28,129 nt of DNA from Candidatus Thorarchaeota archaeon. Lineage in GTDB: Archaea > Asgardarchaeota > Thorarchaeia > Thorarchaeales > Thorarchaeaceae. Where the stretch lies: positions 1 through 28,129 of the forward strand of contig JAFGAR010000099.1 in NCBI GenBank assembly GCA_016933575.1, written 5' to 3'. This document shows positions 27,754-28,129 of this stretch, piece after piece. Numbering within the stretch: the first letter of the stretch is position 1; each line of letters starts with the position of its first letter. The notes below the pieces were generated by a model, which searched no databases, was not told the origin of the DNA, and worked only from the letters and a program-made list of their open reading frames with translations. A program made the translations under genes and the position numbers.

Positions 27754-27811
27754 AAAACGTGCTTATCTTAGTAGGAATCAGCTATCGCAATAAAGTGACC
27801 AGAAACCTCCA

Positions 27812-28129
27812 TTACTTTGGCGGATCAGGGAATGTCGGATTAATGGCTGTCCAGATAGTCACCCACATATCAATCCATTCTGGATTATACACGCCGCCTG
27901 CCTCTTCCCAATGACCAGTTCTCCAATCCTCTGAGGGATTGAAGAGTCTGGCTTTGTAGATAAGGTCGAAGTACTCCTGGGTATAGGTCGTGTAGCAGTG
28001 AATGACAATGTCCAATTCAACTGTACAATACGTCTTGCGGATATTCAGACTCTGAGAGAACTGCTCATCTTGGCTTGTGTCGCCTACATACCAAGTTGTC
28101 TGATATCTCTCAAGTAGTGTGTTGTCTGA
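27812..28129 (-). CDS. 3' part of a hypothetical protein running off the window
   Basis: The frame is open from the window edge (SDNTLLERYQTTWYVG...) to the stop at 27812. Confidence 0.6.
   Translation of the reverse strand, partial: SDNTLLERYQTTWYVGDTSQDEQFSQSLNIRKTYCTVELDIVIHCYTTYTQEYFDLIYKARLFNPSEDWRTGHWEEAGGVYNPEWIDMWVTIWTAINPTFPDPPK

Noticed and set aside
1-28129. Specific host assignment (e.g. Asgard archaeon)
   Set aside because: Csa3, the Cas10 type and gene style suggest an archaeon, but no marker gene is present to support a lineage.

Overview
A probably archaeal defence island. The left half (1-14458) is a type III CRISPR-Cas locus of the III-D-like, multi-Cas7 kind. It has two arrays with related 37-bp repeats, a Cas10 with an intact GGDD cyclase but a degenerate HD nuclease, Cas11, several Cas7 RAMPs, Csx10/Cas5, Cas6, a Can2/Card1 CARF nuclease and a Csa3-like CARF-wHTH regulator. 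No cas1/cas2 is in the window. A Zn-ribbon/beta-CASP metallo-hydrolase follows. Divergently from it runs a co-oriented gene cluster: two thioredoxin-fold proteins, a membrane protein with a RanBP2-type zinc finger, a 133-aa protein made of three tandem peptide units (VVYIDEEGNVIS...AIRDNLGEF[S/R]), then E2, E1 (ThiF) and a JAB/JAMM peptidase. A stand-alone CARF gene closes this block on the right. The best candidate for a new system is this ubiquitin-like conjugation module, in which a tandem-repeat 'poly-tag' precursor takes the place of a beta-grasp Ubl or CD-NTase, nested between CRISPR CARF genes. The right end holds a DNA methyltransferase and a mosaic of small genes, including GC-rich DUF1801 and GNAT genes. 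All calls come from motif reading by eye; no searches were run.
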